From an uncultured Bacteroidales bacterium (GTDB lineage: Bacteria > Bacteroidota > Bacteroidia > Bacteroidales > ML635J-15), in contig CALDKB010000054.1 of the NCBI GenBank assembly GCA_937899245.1, forward strand, positions 24,674-88,673: a DNA stretch of 64,000 nt, given 5' to 3'. Below, in pieces: positions 9,439 to 19,052 of the stretch. The notes below the pieces were generated by a model. It searched no databases, was not told the DNA's origin, and saw only the letters and a list, made by a program, of their open reading frames with translations. Position 1 is the first letter of the stretch, and every line of letters begins with the position of its first letter. The translations under genes were made by a program, and so were the position numbers.

Positions 9439-12400
9439 ATGAAGAGAAAACTATATATACTTGCCGTTTTGTTCTGTGTTCTCGCAGGAGGCGTGTTGGC
9501 GCAGGATGCTCAAAACATACTAAGGCATAACATCAATTATCATGTCGATTCGGTCGATATGTGGGGTGGCGGAGATGCTACTTTTATTGATTTTGATTAT
9601 GATCTTATCGATTTGTGCCTCGGCCCGGGGTGCGGAAATGATCCTAGCATACATCAGGTATTCGGTACCGATGCGGCGGGTATTCATTTCGACTTCGACT
9701 TGTTCTTGTACTTGAAGTCGACGTTCAGCATGCACGGGTTCTCCAGCGGATATGTTGGCGTTAATTATCCGGTTCAGATAACTCTGGATTTCCCTGATGA
9801 TTTGGGCTTCGACCATGGCGAGTGGGTGCCGATTCAGTCGTCGTATACTGTTCAGGATGGTTGGGCTCTTAACACCCATTTCCCGACGGCAGGAACTATC
9901 GCCTTGGACCTCGAATACGGTTTCGGCGCCGACCTCTCTCTTTCTGTTGAGGCTTTCGGCGATGAAGTCGTTCCGCCTATCCACCTGATTCCAGAAATTC
10001 AGTTCCCGGCTAGTCCACAATTCGATACGCCAGTACCTCACGATTCTGTTGCTGTGATTTATCTTAACGCAGGCACAGGCGAGTATGCTTATCCATGGGT
10101 AAATGAAACTACCGGCGTGCCATATATAAATACAGGATTCTTGGGCGATGGCGAAACTTTTGATATCGAAATACCAGACCGCTTCGGAATTGGTCTTACA
10201 GCCGACATAACTATTCCTTATGTGGAAACCGAAGACCGTATTGATGGCCAGTGCCTGTATGCTGAAGGTCAGGACGACTGGTTGTCTTTGCACTGGAACT
10301 TGTTGCAATTTATCAGTTTCATCGGTAACGCTGCCGGCCATCCGGAAGTGTCGGAGATTATTGACATCCTCGAGGGTCAAACTCTTGCTTACCCAATTTA
10401 TGAGGACTATGTAATTACTATCGAATATTATGTCTTGCATGCAATGGCGGAAATGAACATGGCTCTTGTTCAGGAGTTTTCTTTCTGTCCGACAATCGAG
10501 GCTACTCTGCGTTTCCCGATTCCTTTGCCTTATGCCGAAGTTGATGGCAATACTATTGTTCAGCAAGGCGAGTCTGAAAATATTACTTTTACCGTTAACA
10601 ACGATTTGTATATCCAGTATCCTTGTTTCGGATGGGAAACAATGCAGGTTTACGACGTGACTTACAATATCCATAGCGGATTTGAAAACCATACCTATAA
10701 TAATCTCCGTGTCGGATTGGACCTTCAGGTGCTTCACGTACATGTTCAGGTTCCGGGACTTGACAATATTTTCAATTTTGCAACAATGCCGGAAATTAGA
10801 CTTCCTGAAATTGAGGGCGGATATGAAAATGCCGACGATGCTTTGGCTCAAGCTTATGAAATAGAAGGTTTCAATGTTAACCAGTATAAGGAGGGGCCAA
10901 CAACCCGCGAAACAGAAACCCGTGATATAGACTTGTGTATCCCTACCGATTGCGGTGCCTTGATAGATGAGTCGTTCGACCTGTTCGACGTTGACCTTGA
11001 TTTTCTTGGCCTTGAAAGGGAATGGGACTTGCAGTTCCCAGCAAGCCAGTATAATGTTTCTTTCCCGGGCACATGGCTCAACCCACGTCCAGAAATGGAA
11101 ATTGATGTTGTAACACAGAATGTTATCTGCTATGGCGATGATTCTGGTATGATAACCACAACGATTGAAAACGGACTTATGGAATATGAATGGCAGTATT
11201 CTAACGGAGTCGTTAATGTTCATGAAGGTCCGACGGATGAAATTAACGTGGCTGCCGGTTACTACTATATTACCGTTATGAATGAATTTGGTTGCGAGGT
11301 TTATGGCGAAGCTAATATTTTGGAGGCAAATACTCCAATTGTTAGTATGACTCGTTCTGACAATGTTCTTTGCCACGGCGAATCTACTGGTAACTTATAC
11401 GTATCCGTTTATGGCGGTGTTCCACCTTATACATTCGAATGGTCGAATGAAAGCACAGAGCAGAATCCTCAGGGCGTTCCAGCTGGTACTTATACGGTAA
11501 CAATAACTGATGCTGTCGGTTGTGTTCAGGAAAACCAGGCGGTTGTTGCCGAACCTGCTACCGAACTTGAAATTACAAATGCCGAAATTCAGAACATTAC
11601 TTGTTATGGAATGAGCGATGGCCACATTGACTTATATGTTTATGGCGGCACTCCGGCATATACCTATTATTGGTCAAATGGAAGCACGGTACAGGATTTG
11701 TTCAACATTGGCGCCGGATCTTATACGGTTACAATAACTGATGCAAATGGTTGTTCCGTTTCCGATACTTATGTCGTAGTTGGTCCTGAACCGCTTGTAT
11801 TGAACTTGGACGTACATGATGTTCAATGCTATGCAGAAAATACAGGAAGTGTTGATTTGACAGTAACAGGAGGAACGGAACCTTATCAGTTTGCTTGGAG
11901 TACAGGCGAAACAACCGAGGATATTTCAGAACTTTATGCTGGATTTTACATTGTGACTGTTACCGATGCTCATGATTGTGTGGAATACGCAATGGCGGAA
12001 GTTCATCAGCCGGCATTGCCTTTGCATGGCGAGATTGAAACAACCGACGTAAGATGCTACGGAGAGGCAAATGGCGTTTGTAACCTTACTGTTTCTGGTG
12101 GCAATGCTCCGTATTTTTATTCATGGAATACAGGTGCTATTTCTGAAGATATCGACCATCTTGTCCCAGGAACTTATTCTGTCGTAATAAGCGATAGCAA
12201 TGGTTGTGCTGCTTATGATACTGCTGTTATTATTCAGTCTGAATATCCGTTGTCGGGACAAATTTCCGGAACCGATGCTTCTTGCAATGGTGCGTCCGAC
12301 GGAAATGTAATCTTCACCGCCGACGGTGGCTATGAACCATATCATTATGAATGGTCTAATGGAATGTGGTCGCAGAATCTAGTAAATGTTCCGGCAGGAA

Positions 12401-13722
12401 CTTATACCGTTACTGTAACCGATGACAATATGTGCCATAATGAGTTCTCGTATGTCGTTAATGAGCCGGATCCATTTTATATTCAGATGATGGATGATTT
12501 CACGGTATGTTATGGTATGACAGCACAAATCGGTGTCGGAATTGTTTCCGGTGGTGTTCCTCCATATACGGTATTGTGGAGCAATGGCGGCAGTGGTATG
12601 TCTACGGAGGTGTCGCCTCTGGAGACTACAACTTATTACGCTTCTGTTGTTGATGCGGCAAACTGCTCAAGCGCACAGGTCGATGTTACCGTTTCTGTGC
12701 TCGACTCGATTTCGTTGTCTGTTGAACTTTTGTCCGACTCTGTTGTATGTGCAGGAGAGAAGGTGGCCTTTGAAGTTGATGTTAATGGTGGCGGCATTGT
12801 TGACGGTAGCGTATTTGTAAATGGCGAGCGTGTAAAGTTGCCGTACGAACCAACTATCGAGATGGATACGGTATTTACTTTCGTGGCTTACGATAGCTGT
12901 CGCTACGATAGTGTAGTAATACCTATCAATATCCATACGTTTGGCGAGATACCTATTAATATATATGCCGATGTCGAGGAAGGCTGTGCTCCTTTGACCG
13001 TAAACTTTGCTGATAATACGCCATATCAGGGTCAGGCATACTTGTGGAACTTCGACGATGGAGATTTCGAGAACCTGTCGTTCGCTAGAGCTCCAAGCCA
13101 TACATTCTATAATTCTGGAACATATCATGTAAATCTGGAGGTAACTTCTACGGAAGAATGTAGACGTGATACTACAATCGCGATTACCGTATTTGCTATC
13201 CCGGAGGCCGATTTCAGGGTTGATAGGGCAAATGTTTCGCTGGCTAGCCCAATAATTAACTTTACTAATTATTCGCATGGCGGTTTCTGGAATATGTGGA
13301 ACTTCGGCGATAATACTACGTCGTCAGAATCAAGTCCGGTTCATGCATACACAATGCCTGGCAATTATCACGTGGTACTTTCTACAACTTCGTTGTATGG
13401 ATGTGTCGATACGGCAGGCGTAGACATAAACGTAAGCAATGAGCACGCATTGTTTGCTCCAACGGCATTCACACCAAATAATGATGATATAAACGAAACC
13501 TTCCGAGTATTTGGCAATTCAATCGATCCAAATGTATTCTCGATGATTATCTATGACAGATGGGGCGCAACAATCTTCAAGTCGAATAATATCGAGGAAG
13601 AATGGGATGGTACCGATGGCACGCGGCCATGTCCTGAGGGCCTGTATACATGGCGAATCTACTATCAGGATATGTTTGGAATAGAGTACGAAAAGGTCGG
13701 AACGGTAATGCTTATCCGATAA
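9439..13722 (+). CDS. giant cell-surface protein: novel N-terminal region, about 6-7 SprB repeats, PKD domains, and a T9SS type B (gliding-motility CHU_C) C-terminal domain
   Basis: 1427 aa with a signal peptide.
- Repeats of the form C[YH]G..[ST]G...V.GG..PY.[FY].WSNG....L..[LV].AG.Y.VT[IV]TD..GC span roughly nt 11100-12650.
- PKD-like segments read APLTVNFADNT...WNFDDG and WNFGDNT.
- The tail reads FAPTAFTPNNDDINETF...IYDRWG..IF...WDGT. Confidence 0.85.
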   Translation: MKRKLYILAVLFCVLAGGVLAQDAQNILRHNINYHVDSVDMWGGGDATFIDFDYDLIDLCLGPGCGNDPSIHQVFGTDAAGIHFDFDLFLYLKSTFSMHGFSSGYVGVNYPVQITLDFPDDLGFDHGEWVPIQSSYTVQDGWALNTHFPTAGTIALDLEYGFGADLSLSVEAFGDEVVPPIHLIPEIQFPASPQFDTPVPHDSVAVIYLNAGTGEYAYPWVNETTGVPYINTGFLGDGETFDIEIPDRFGIGLTADITIPYVETEDRIDGQCLYAEGQDDWLSLHWNLLQFISFIGNAAGHPEVSEIIDILEGQTLAYPIYEDYVITIEYYVLHAMAEMNMALVQEFSFCPTIEATLRFPIPLPYAEVDGNTIVQQGESENITFTVNNDLYIQYPCFGWETMQVYDVTYNIHSGFENHTYNNLRVGLDLQVLHVHVQVPGLDNIFNFATMPEIRLPEIEGGYENADDALAQAYEIEGFNVNQYKEGPTTRETETRDIDLCIPTDCGALIDESFDLFDVDLDFLGLEREWDLQFPASQYNVSFPGTWLNPRPEMEIDVVTQNVICYGDDSGMITTTIENGLMEYEWQYSNGVVNVHEGPTDEINVAAGYYYITVMNEFGCEVYGEANILEANTPIVSMTRSDNVLCHGESTGNLYVSVYGGVPPYTFEWSNESTEQNPQGVPAGTYTVTITDAVGCVQENQAVVAEPATELEITNAEIQNITCYGMSDGHIDLYVYGGTPAYTYYWSNGSTVQDLFNIGAGSYTVTITDANGCSVSDTYVVVGPEPLVLNLDVHDVQCYAENTGSVDLTVTGGTEPYQFAWSTGETTEDISELYAGFYIVTVTDAHDCVEYAMAEVHQPALPLHGEIETTDVRCYGEANGVCNLTVSGGNAPYFYSWNTGAISEDIDHLVPGTYSVVISDSNGCAAYDTAVIIQSEYPLSGQISGTDASCNGASDGNVIFTADGGYEPYHYEWSNGMWSQNLVNVPAGTYTVTVTDDNMCHNEFSYVVNEPDPFYIQMMDDFTVCYGMTAQIGVGIVSGGVPPYTVLWSNGGSGMSTEVSPLETTTYYASVVDAANCSSAQVDVTVSVLDSISLSVELLSDSVVCAGEKVAFEVDVNGGGIVDGSVFVNGERVKLPYEPTIEMDTVFTFVAYDSCRYDSVVIPINIHTFGEIPINIYADVEEGCAPLTVNFADNTPYQGQAYLWNFDDGDFENLSFARAPSHTFYNSGTYHVNLEVTSTEECRRDTTIAITVFAIPEADFRVDRANVSLASPIINFTNYSHGGFWNMWNFGDNTTSSESSPVHAYTMPGNYHVVLSTTSLYGCVDTAGVDINVSNEHALFAPTAFTPNNDDINETFRVFGNSIDPNVFSMIIYDRWGATIFKSNNIEEEWDGTDGTRPCPEGLYTWRIYYQDMFGIEYEKVGTVMLIR

Positions 13723-13724
13723 AC

Positions 13725-13765
13725 AAAAAAAAGCGATGCAAATGAATTTTGTGTCGCTTTTTTGT
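13725..13765. terminator. A-tract/hairpin/T-tract terminator after the adhesin gene
   Basis: aaaaaagcga (13727-13736) pairs with tcgctttttt (13754-13763), starting 5 nt after the stop codon. Confidence 0.6.
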
Positions 13766-13800
13766 TTATATTTATAACGCGAATTTTAAATAGTTTATGT

Positions 13801-15102
13801 ATGGAAAATAATAGGCTCCCCTTGATTCAAGATGCCGATTTGAAAGGCAAGATCGTACTTGTTAGAGTTGACCATAATGTGGTAAAGTCGGGCATAATTC
13901 ACGACCCTTATAGAATTGATGCAACTTTCGGAACTTTGTTTTACATCCTTTCGAAAGGTGGAAAAATCATTCTTATGACGCACGTTGGTCGTCCGAAGGA
14001 TAAGAAGACAGGTAAAATTACTATAGACGATAAGACATCTGTGCAACCAATCGTCGACTATCTGGAAAACAAACTTCATATTAAGATTGAAGTGCCTGAT
14101 TTTTATTCGCATGAAAATAACGGTTATTTGAGCATTGAGACAAATGTAAACCATAGTATTCGCCGTTTGCGCAATCACGATGTTGATATGATTTATTTGC
14201 CGAATACCCGTTGGTTTACTGGCGAGGAGGCAAAGGGGGCAGACCAGGAGCGTTTTGCAAACCAGCTGGCAGGTTTAGCTGACATTTATGTTAATGATGC
14301 GTTCGGTAGCTGGCAGGCCCATGCTTCTACTGTGGGCGTAACTAAGTATCTGCCTTCGTATGCCGGTTTCTTGATGCAGAGGGAAATTGAAAACTTGAAT
14401 CGTATTTTTGAAGCCGAAAGTCCATTTGTGGCTGTGGTTGCAGGAAGCAAGTTCGATACTAAAATCGAATCCTTGTATGCATTGTTGAAGAAAGCCGACA
14501 AACTTGTTCTGGGCGGTGTTATCTATAATGCTTATTTGTGCGCAAAATACGATTTCAAGATTAAGGGTGTTGAAGAGGAAGATGTTGCGCTAGCAAGAGA
14601 ATTTGTTGAGTTCGCAAAGCAATATCCTGGAAAGGTAGTTGAAATGCCAATAATTTGCGAATCTGACGTTTTTGGAGAGAGAATAGAAGGCAAGTATCGT
14701 ATTCACGATATCCGCAAGGTGCCGCGCGGAACAGAATTCAACTGGGTTATGGACGTTGATCCGCGTTGTTACGACGAGCCGGAAATAATTGATGTCTTCC
14801 ATTCTGCAAAGACTATTTTCGTAAATGCAGTTATGGGATTCGTTCCGCATTTCAACGAGGGTACAATCGCTCTCGATACTATTATCGATCAAAATCCGCA
14901 GGCCGTTAAGCTATATGGTGGCGGTGATACCATGCAGGAATTGAAGCGTCTGTTGCCTGGCTTGTACATTATGGCTCTCGACAGCAAGGACTACTACATC
15001 TTTACTGGTGGTGGTGCTGTTTTGAAGGCGATAGAGCAGAATTCGCATTTGGGAATTGCTCCAATAAAGGCGCTAATAGAGTCTGCTAACGGTTTGAAAT
15101 AA
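13801..15102 (+). CDS. pgk: phosphoglycerate kinase-like protein (divergent)
   Basis: Contains KGKIVLVRVDHNVV, MTHVGRPK, YVNDAFGSWQAHAST and YGGGDT. The start is taken at MENNRLPL (atg at 13801). Several canonical PGK motif positions differ; see findings. Confidence 0.7.
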   Translation: MENNRLPLIQDADLKGKIVLVRVDHNVVKSGIIHDPYRIDATFGTLFYILSKGGKIILMTHVGRPKDKKTGKITIDDKTSVQPIVDYLENKLHIKIEVPDFYSHENNGYLSIETNVNHSIRRLRNHDVDMIYLPNTRWFTGEEAKGADQERFANQLAGLADIYVNDAFGSWQAHASTVGVTKYLPSYAGFLMQREIENLNRIFEAESPFVAVVAGSKFDTKIESLYALLKKADKLVLGGVIYNAYLCAKYDFKIKGVEEEDVALAREFVEFAKQYPGKVVEMPIICESDVFGERIEGKYRIHDIRKVPRGTEFNWVMDVDPRCYDEPEIIDVFHSAKTIFVNAVMGFVPHFNEGTIALDTIIDQNPQAVKLYGGGDTMQELKRLLPGLYIMALDSKDYYIFTGGGAVLKAIEQNSHLGIAPIKALIESANGLK

Positions 15103-15109
15103 AGATGTT

Positions 15110-15142
15110 TTGCAAATTTACAGTTCAACTGTAAATTTGCAA
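15110..15142 (+). terminator. perfect 14-bp hairpin downstream of pgk
   Basis: ttgcaaatttacag-ttcaa-ctgtaaatttgcaa, starting 8 nt after the stop. There is no strong T-run. Confidence 0.5.
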
Positions 15143-15201
15143 ATGACATTTTATCTGTTTTCTGATTAGAATTACAGATACCTTTTTTATAACTTATCCT
15201 A

Positions 15202-15209
15202 TATTTTTG
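15202..15209 (+). promoter_or_regulatory. Bacteroidota -7 box (TAnnTTTG)
   Basis: tatttttg lies 28 nt upstream of the ATG at 15237. Confidence 0.35.
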
Positions 15210-15236
15210 TTTAGTATTAACTTTAAATAATATATT

Positions 15237-16190
15237 ATGAAAAATTTAAAACAATTTGGTTTTGTGTTTTTGCTGGGATTTATGGCAATTTTCACTGGAT
15301 GCAAAAAGGACGCGAATCTCGAGGTGGTAACTAAAGGCTGTTCCAATATAGGTGTCAACACAGCATATTTGCAAGGCACTGTTTCTTATGGTGGCAATGG
15401 CGACATTACTTGCGGTTTCTACTACGATTTGAATTCGGACATGTCAAATGCTTTGGTTTCCAATAGTACTAATCTTTCTGCAGGTTCGTTTTCGGTTACC
15501 TTGACAGGACTTCTGACAAGTACAACATATTATTATCAAGCCTATGCATTGGCCGACGGAATAGTTGTAAAGGGAGACGTCAAGTCGTTTACAACAGCAG
15601 AGTCCGGAACTTCCGGTGGCGGTAGTGGTACGGGTACTGTTACCGTGTATAATGAGGTTGTTTCTGGTAACGAAGGTGGACACAACTATGTTGACCTCGG
15701 TTTGCCAAGTGGTTTGAGGTGGGCAACTTGTAATATAGGTGCTACAAATCCTGAAGATAATGGTAATTATTATGCATGGGGTGAAACATCTCCATATAAT
15801 GGCTCGTGCACATATATTGACAATCCAACTACGCTTCCGTCTGATCGTGATGCTGCTTCTGTAAACTGGTCCGGTAGCTGGCGTATGCCAACTGAAACAG
15901 AAATGAAAGAATTGATAGATAATTGCACTTGGCAATGGATAACACATAATAGTGTGAACGGATATTGTGTAACGGGACCTAACGGCAATTCAATATTCCT
16001 TCCTGCTGCTGGCCAAGGTAGCGGTTATAATTCTCTTCTCAATGTCGGTGACAACGGAAACTACTGGACTTCTTCTCTCTATACCATTTCTTCTGGTTAC
16101 GTATATTATCTAAACTTTTCTACAAGCAGTTACCGCATGAATAATTACGATCGCAGTTATGGTCGGTCGGTTCGCGCTGTGTGCCAGTAG
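15237..16190 (+). CDS. lipoprotein with a FISUMP (Fibrobacter succinogenes major paralogous) domain
   Basis: Lipobox FTGC. Contains YVDLGLPSGLRWATCNIGA, NYYAWGE, WRMPT..E..EL, YWTSS and the C-terminal GRSVRAVCQ, which are the hallmark motifs of this family. Confidence 0.7.
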   Translation: MKNLKQFGFVFLLGFMAIFTGCKKDANLEVVTKGCSNIGVNTAYLQGTVSYGGNGDITCGFYYDLNSDMSNALVSNSTNLSAGSFSVTLTGLLTSTTYYYQAYALADGIVVKGDVKSFTTAESGTSGGGSGTGTVTVYNEVVSGNEGGHNYVDLGLPSGLRWATCNIGATNPEDNGNYYAWGETSPYNGSCTYIDNPTTLPSDRDAASVNWSGSWRMPTETEMKELIDNCTWQWITHNSVNGYCVTGPNGNSIFLPAAGQGSGYNSLLNVGDNGNYWTSSLYTISSGYVYYLNFSTSSYRMNNYDRSYGRSVRAVCQ

Positions 16191-16271
16191 TATTTATTCT
16201 TGTGTGCCGGTACAAACATTTTCTTATTTATGCGGATGTTGACGCGGAGTAATCAATAAAATTAATTGATA

Positions 16272-16299
16272 AAAAAAAACCGAATATTCGGGCTTTTTT
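16272..16299. terminator. bidirectional terminator between convergent genes
   Basis: A9-ccgaatattcgg-gc-T6. The GC stem is short, extended by A/T pairing. Confidence 0.4.
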
Positions 16300-16317
16300 G
16301 TGCTTTATAGAGTTGTC

Positions 16318-18426
16318 CTATTTCAAGCCTCTGTTCTTCAGCAGCGGTTCAATTGATGGTTCCTGGCCGCGGAAGCGCTTGTAGAGTATCATTGCGTCTT
16401 CTGTGTTACCATTCTTGAGGACATTGTTGCGGAATGACTCTGCTGTCTTCTTGTCGAAAACGCCATTTTCCTTGAATGCCTCGAAAGCATCGTTGTCGAG
16501 TACTGCAGCCCATGTATATCCATAGTAGCCCGCGCTATATCCGCCCGAGAATACATGCTGGAAATATGTGCTCTTGTAACGAGAGATGATTTCCGGAATC
16601 AAGCCGATTTTTGCCATTTCTGCATCTTCAAAGTCTGGGAGTTTGATTTCGGTAGGTTCGGAAATGTTTGCGTATGCCATATCGAGAAGCGATGCTGCGA
16701 TAAGTTCTGTATTGATGAAGCCCTGTCCGTAAGTCGATGCTGCTTCAATCTTGTTGATTAGGGAGTCTGGAATTGCTTCTCCGGTCTTGTAGTGTTTTGC
16801 ATACATTTTCATAACTTCTGGATATCCAGCCCAATGTTCCATAATTTGTGATGGCAATTCAACAAAGTCGCGAGAAACGCTTGTGCCTGACAACGATTCG
16901 TAACGGCAATCTGTAAGAATGCTATGCAGGGCATGTCCAAATTCGTGGAAAAGGGTAGATGTTTCATCAAAGTTCAACAACGATGGTTTGTCGCCGGTTG
17001 GCTTTGTGAAGTTGAGAACAAGCGATACCAATGGAATAATTCTCTTGCCATCCTTGCTGTACGACTGTTCGCGGAAGTTTGTCATCCAAGCACCGCTGCG
17101 CTTGCTTTCGCGTGGGAAGAAATCCATGTAAAGTATTGCGATTACTTCGTTGTTTTCAACGACTTCGTAAGCAACTGCATCTGGATGGTAAACAGGAATG
17201 TTCTTGTTTTCGCGGAATTCGATGCCGTAAAGTTTGTTTGCAACCATAAATATGGCGTCCTTTACGTTGTCGAGGGAGAAGTACGGACGTATTACGTCGT
17301 CGTTCAAATCGTATTTCTGCTTGCGAAGAGTTTCGCAATAGTAACGCCAGTCGCAAGGTTCAAGCTTGAAGTTTCCGCCTTCAGCGTCAATCATCTTTTG
17401 ATATTCTGCGGCTTCTTCCTTTGCCTTGGCAAGTGCTGGTTCCCAAACTTGCATCAGAAGGTCATCGACAGCTTCCGGAGTTTTTGCCATATTGTCGTCG
17501 AGAACGTATGCTGCGTGCGACTTATATCCAAGAATATTGGCTCTTTCGAGACGAAGGTTTACGATTTGGTTGATTATGTCGTAGTTGTTTGTTTCGCCCG
17601 ATGTGCAACGTGTTGAATATGCTGTCCAAAGTTCCTTGCGAAGTTCGCGGTCCTTGCAGTTCATTAGGAATGGCTCCATGCTTGGAAGGTGGATTGTGAA
17701 AACATATTTGCCTTTTGTGTCGTCAGATTCGTTGCCAAGTTCGAGAGCGGCGGCAAGCTGGTCTTCAGTACATCCTTCGAGGCGAGCAACATCGTCAACA
17801 ACTAGTTTGTAGTCGTTGGTTGCTTTCAGTACATTGTTGCCGAATTTCATTGTCAAAAGCGAAAGCTTTTCGTTGATTTCGCGGAAACGAGCTTGTTTTT
17901 CTTCTGGAACATTTGCACCGCCACGAACAAAACCCTTGTAGGTCTCTTCGAGAAGACGCATCTGGACTGCATCGAGGTTGAGAGATTCGCGCTGGTCGTA
18001 TACTGCTTTAATGCGTTCGAAAAGTTTTGCATTCAAGCTAATATCGTCGCCGTGTTGTGAAAGTTTTGGTAGAATTTCTTCCGAAATGTTTTCCATTTCC
18101 TCAGAATTCATACATTCTGCAAGGTTGAAGAAAATGCCTTCAACGCGAGTAAGCATCGAGCCGCTTTCTTCGAGTGCGATAATCGTGTTTTCAAATGTCG
18201 GTGCTTCTGAGTTGTTGACGATTGCGTCGATTTCTTCTCTTTGCATTTTCATTGCTTCCTCGAATGCTGGAATGTAATGCTCCGTTTTAATTTGATCGAA
18301 TGGCGGAACCTGATATTCGGTCGTCCATTCCTGAAGAAGAGGATTCGTCTGTTCCTTTTCCTTTTTGCAAGAACTTACCATAACTAATAGTGTTAATGCG
18401 GTTAAAATTGTTAGACTTTTTCTCAT
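16318..18426 (-). CDS. dcp: M3-family peptidyl-dipeptidase (Dcp / oligopeptidase A-like) lipoprotein
   Basis: Zinc motif HEFGHALH. The true start is MRKSLTILTALTLLVMVSSCKK (cat at 18424-18426, with a lipobox). The 94-codon upstream extension in the ORF track runs through intergenic repeats and past a -7 box. Confidence 0.85.
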   Translation of the reverse strand: MRKSLTILTALTLLVMVSSCKKEKEQTNPLLQEWTTEYQVPPFDQIKTEHYIPAFEEAMKMQREEIDAIVNNSEAPTFENTIIALEESGSMLTRVEGIFFNLAECMNSEEMENISEEILPKLSQHGDDISLNAKLFERIKAVYDQRESLNLDAVQMRLLEETYKGFVRGGANVPEEKQARFREINEKLSLLTMKFGNNVLKATNDYKLVVDDVARLEGCTEDQLAAALELGNESDDTKGKYVFTIHLPSMEPFLMNCKDRELRKELWTAYSTRCTSGETNNYDIINQIVNLRLERANILGYKSHAAYVLDDNMAKTPEAVDDLLMQVWEPALAKAKEEAAEYQKMIDAEGGNFKLEPCDWRYYCETLRKQKYDLNDDVIRPYFSLDNVKDAIFMVANKLYGIEFRENKNIPVYHPDAVAYEVVENNEVIAILYMDFFPRESKRSGAWMTNFREQSYSKDGKRIIPLVSLVLNFTKPTGDKPSLLNFDETSTLFHEFGHALHSILTDCRYESLSGTSVSRDFVELPSQIMEHWAGYPEVMKMYAKHYKTGEAIPDSLINKIEAASTYGQGFINTELIAASLLDMAYANISEPTEIKLPDFEDAEMAKIGLIPEIISRYKSTYFQHVFSGGYSAGYYGYTWAAVLDNDAFEAFKENGVFDKKTAESFRNNVLKNGNTEDAMILYKRFRGQEPSIEPLLKNRGLK

Positions 18427-18448
18427 TGTTATAAAATTTATTGATGTA

Positions 18449-18456
18449 CAAAGGTA
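18449..18456 (-). promoter_or_regulatory. Bacteroidota -7 box (TAnnTTTG) for dcp
   Basis: The minus strand reads tacctttg, 22 nt upstream of the ATG at 18426. Confidence 0.45.
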
Positions 18457-18550
18457 GGAAGAATGTTTAAAAGTTTGAGGTTTAAATGTTGAATTGTTTG
18501 AACAGTTTTGAACAGCAAAACAATTTGTACTTCCTCTGGCATCATTACCA

Positions 18551-18627
18551 GTGTTCCCTGAACGTCTTGTACTGAGCGTAGTCGACGTAATTCGAATGGG
18601 GTTGGTCGAAGCTATGGTGATGAAAAT
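18551..18627. repeat. REP-like intergenic element, copy 1
   Basis: gtgttccctgaacgtcttgtactgagcgtagtcgacgtaattcg...ggtcgaagc recurs 403 nt downstream with few mismatches over the first ~62 nt. Confidence 0.7.
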
Positions 18628-18953
18628 TCTTTTGGCTGTCGAAGATATGGTTGTTTTTCCGCTCGAGCCGCGTGGCTTTCCCTTATTTGTCAGCAAAAAA
18701 GGAAACAAAAAACTGTTGTCGCCGCACCTGCTTTGCTAAAAATCGACTTTACTTTGCTAACCGCAGGAACTTGACTTCGCAAGCTCCGTCTTCGGACAGC
18801 CTGCGCTTTTACGCTTCGTAAATCCGATTTTCTTTACGCTCACCAGCTGATGCGACCAGTCAAGGTATCGCAAAGCGATGGGTTTAAAACATGGCTAAAG
18901 CCATGGGTGCAAGGTGGTTCTGTCGGCCCTTTGACATGTCAGTAGCATTATCT

Positions 18954-19030
18954 GTGTTCCCTAAACGTCTTGTACTGAGCATAGTCGACGTAAGTCGGAG
19001 GGAGTTGGTCGAAGCCGCGATGACAATATT
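18954..19030. repeat. REP-like intergenic element, copy 2
   Basis: gtgttccctaaacgtcttgtactgagcatagtcgacgtaagtcg...ggtcgaagc is a direct repeat of 18551-18627. Confidence 0.7.
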
Positions 19031-19052
19031 TAAATAGGTGCAACGTGCACCG

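Noticed and set aside
9520-11376. 618-aa ORF on the minus strand
   Set aside because: It lies entirely antisense to the well-supported adhesin gene and has no recognisable motifs. Its composition simply mirrors the sense-strand codons.
11100-12650. Apparent tandem DNA repeat in the adhesin gene
   Set aside because: The periodicity is at the protein level (~75-aa SprB repeats with a conserved C/G/Y/W scaffold). The nucleotide sequences of successive units are diverged, so this is not a DNA-level tandem repeat or a variable-number locus.
18427-18708. 94-codon N-terminal extension of the M3 peptidase ORF
   Set aside because: It reads through REP-like intergenic repeats. A TAnnTTTG box (18449-18456) and a clean lipoprotein signal peptide mark the real start at 18426.
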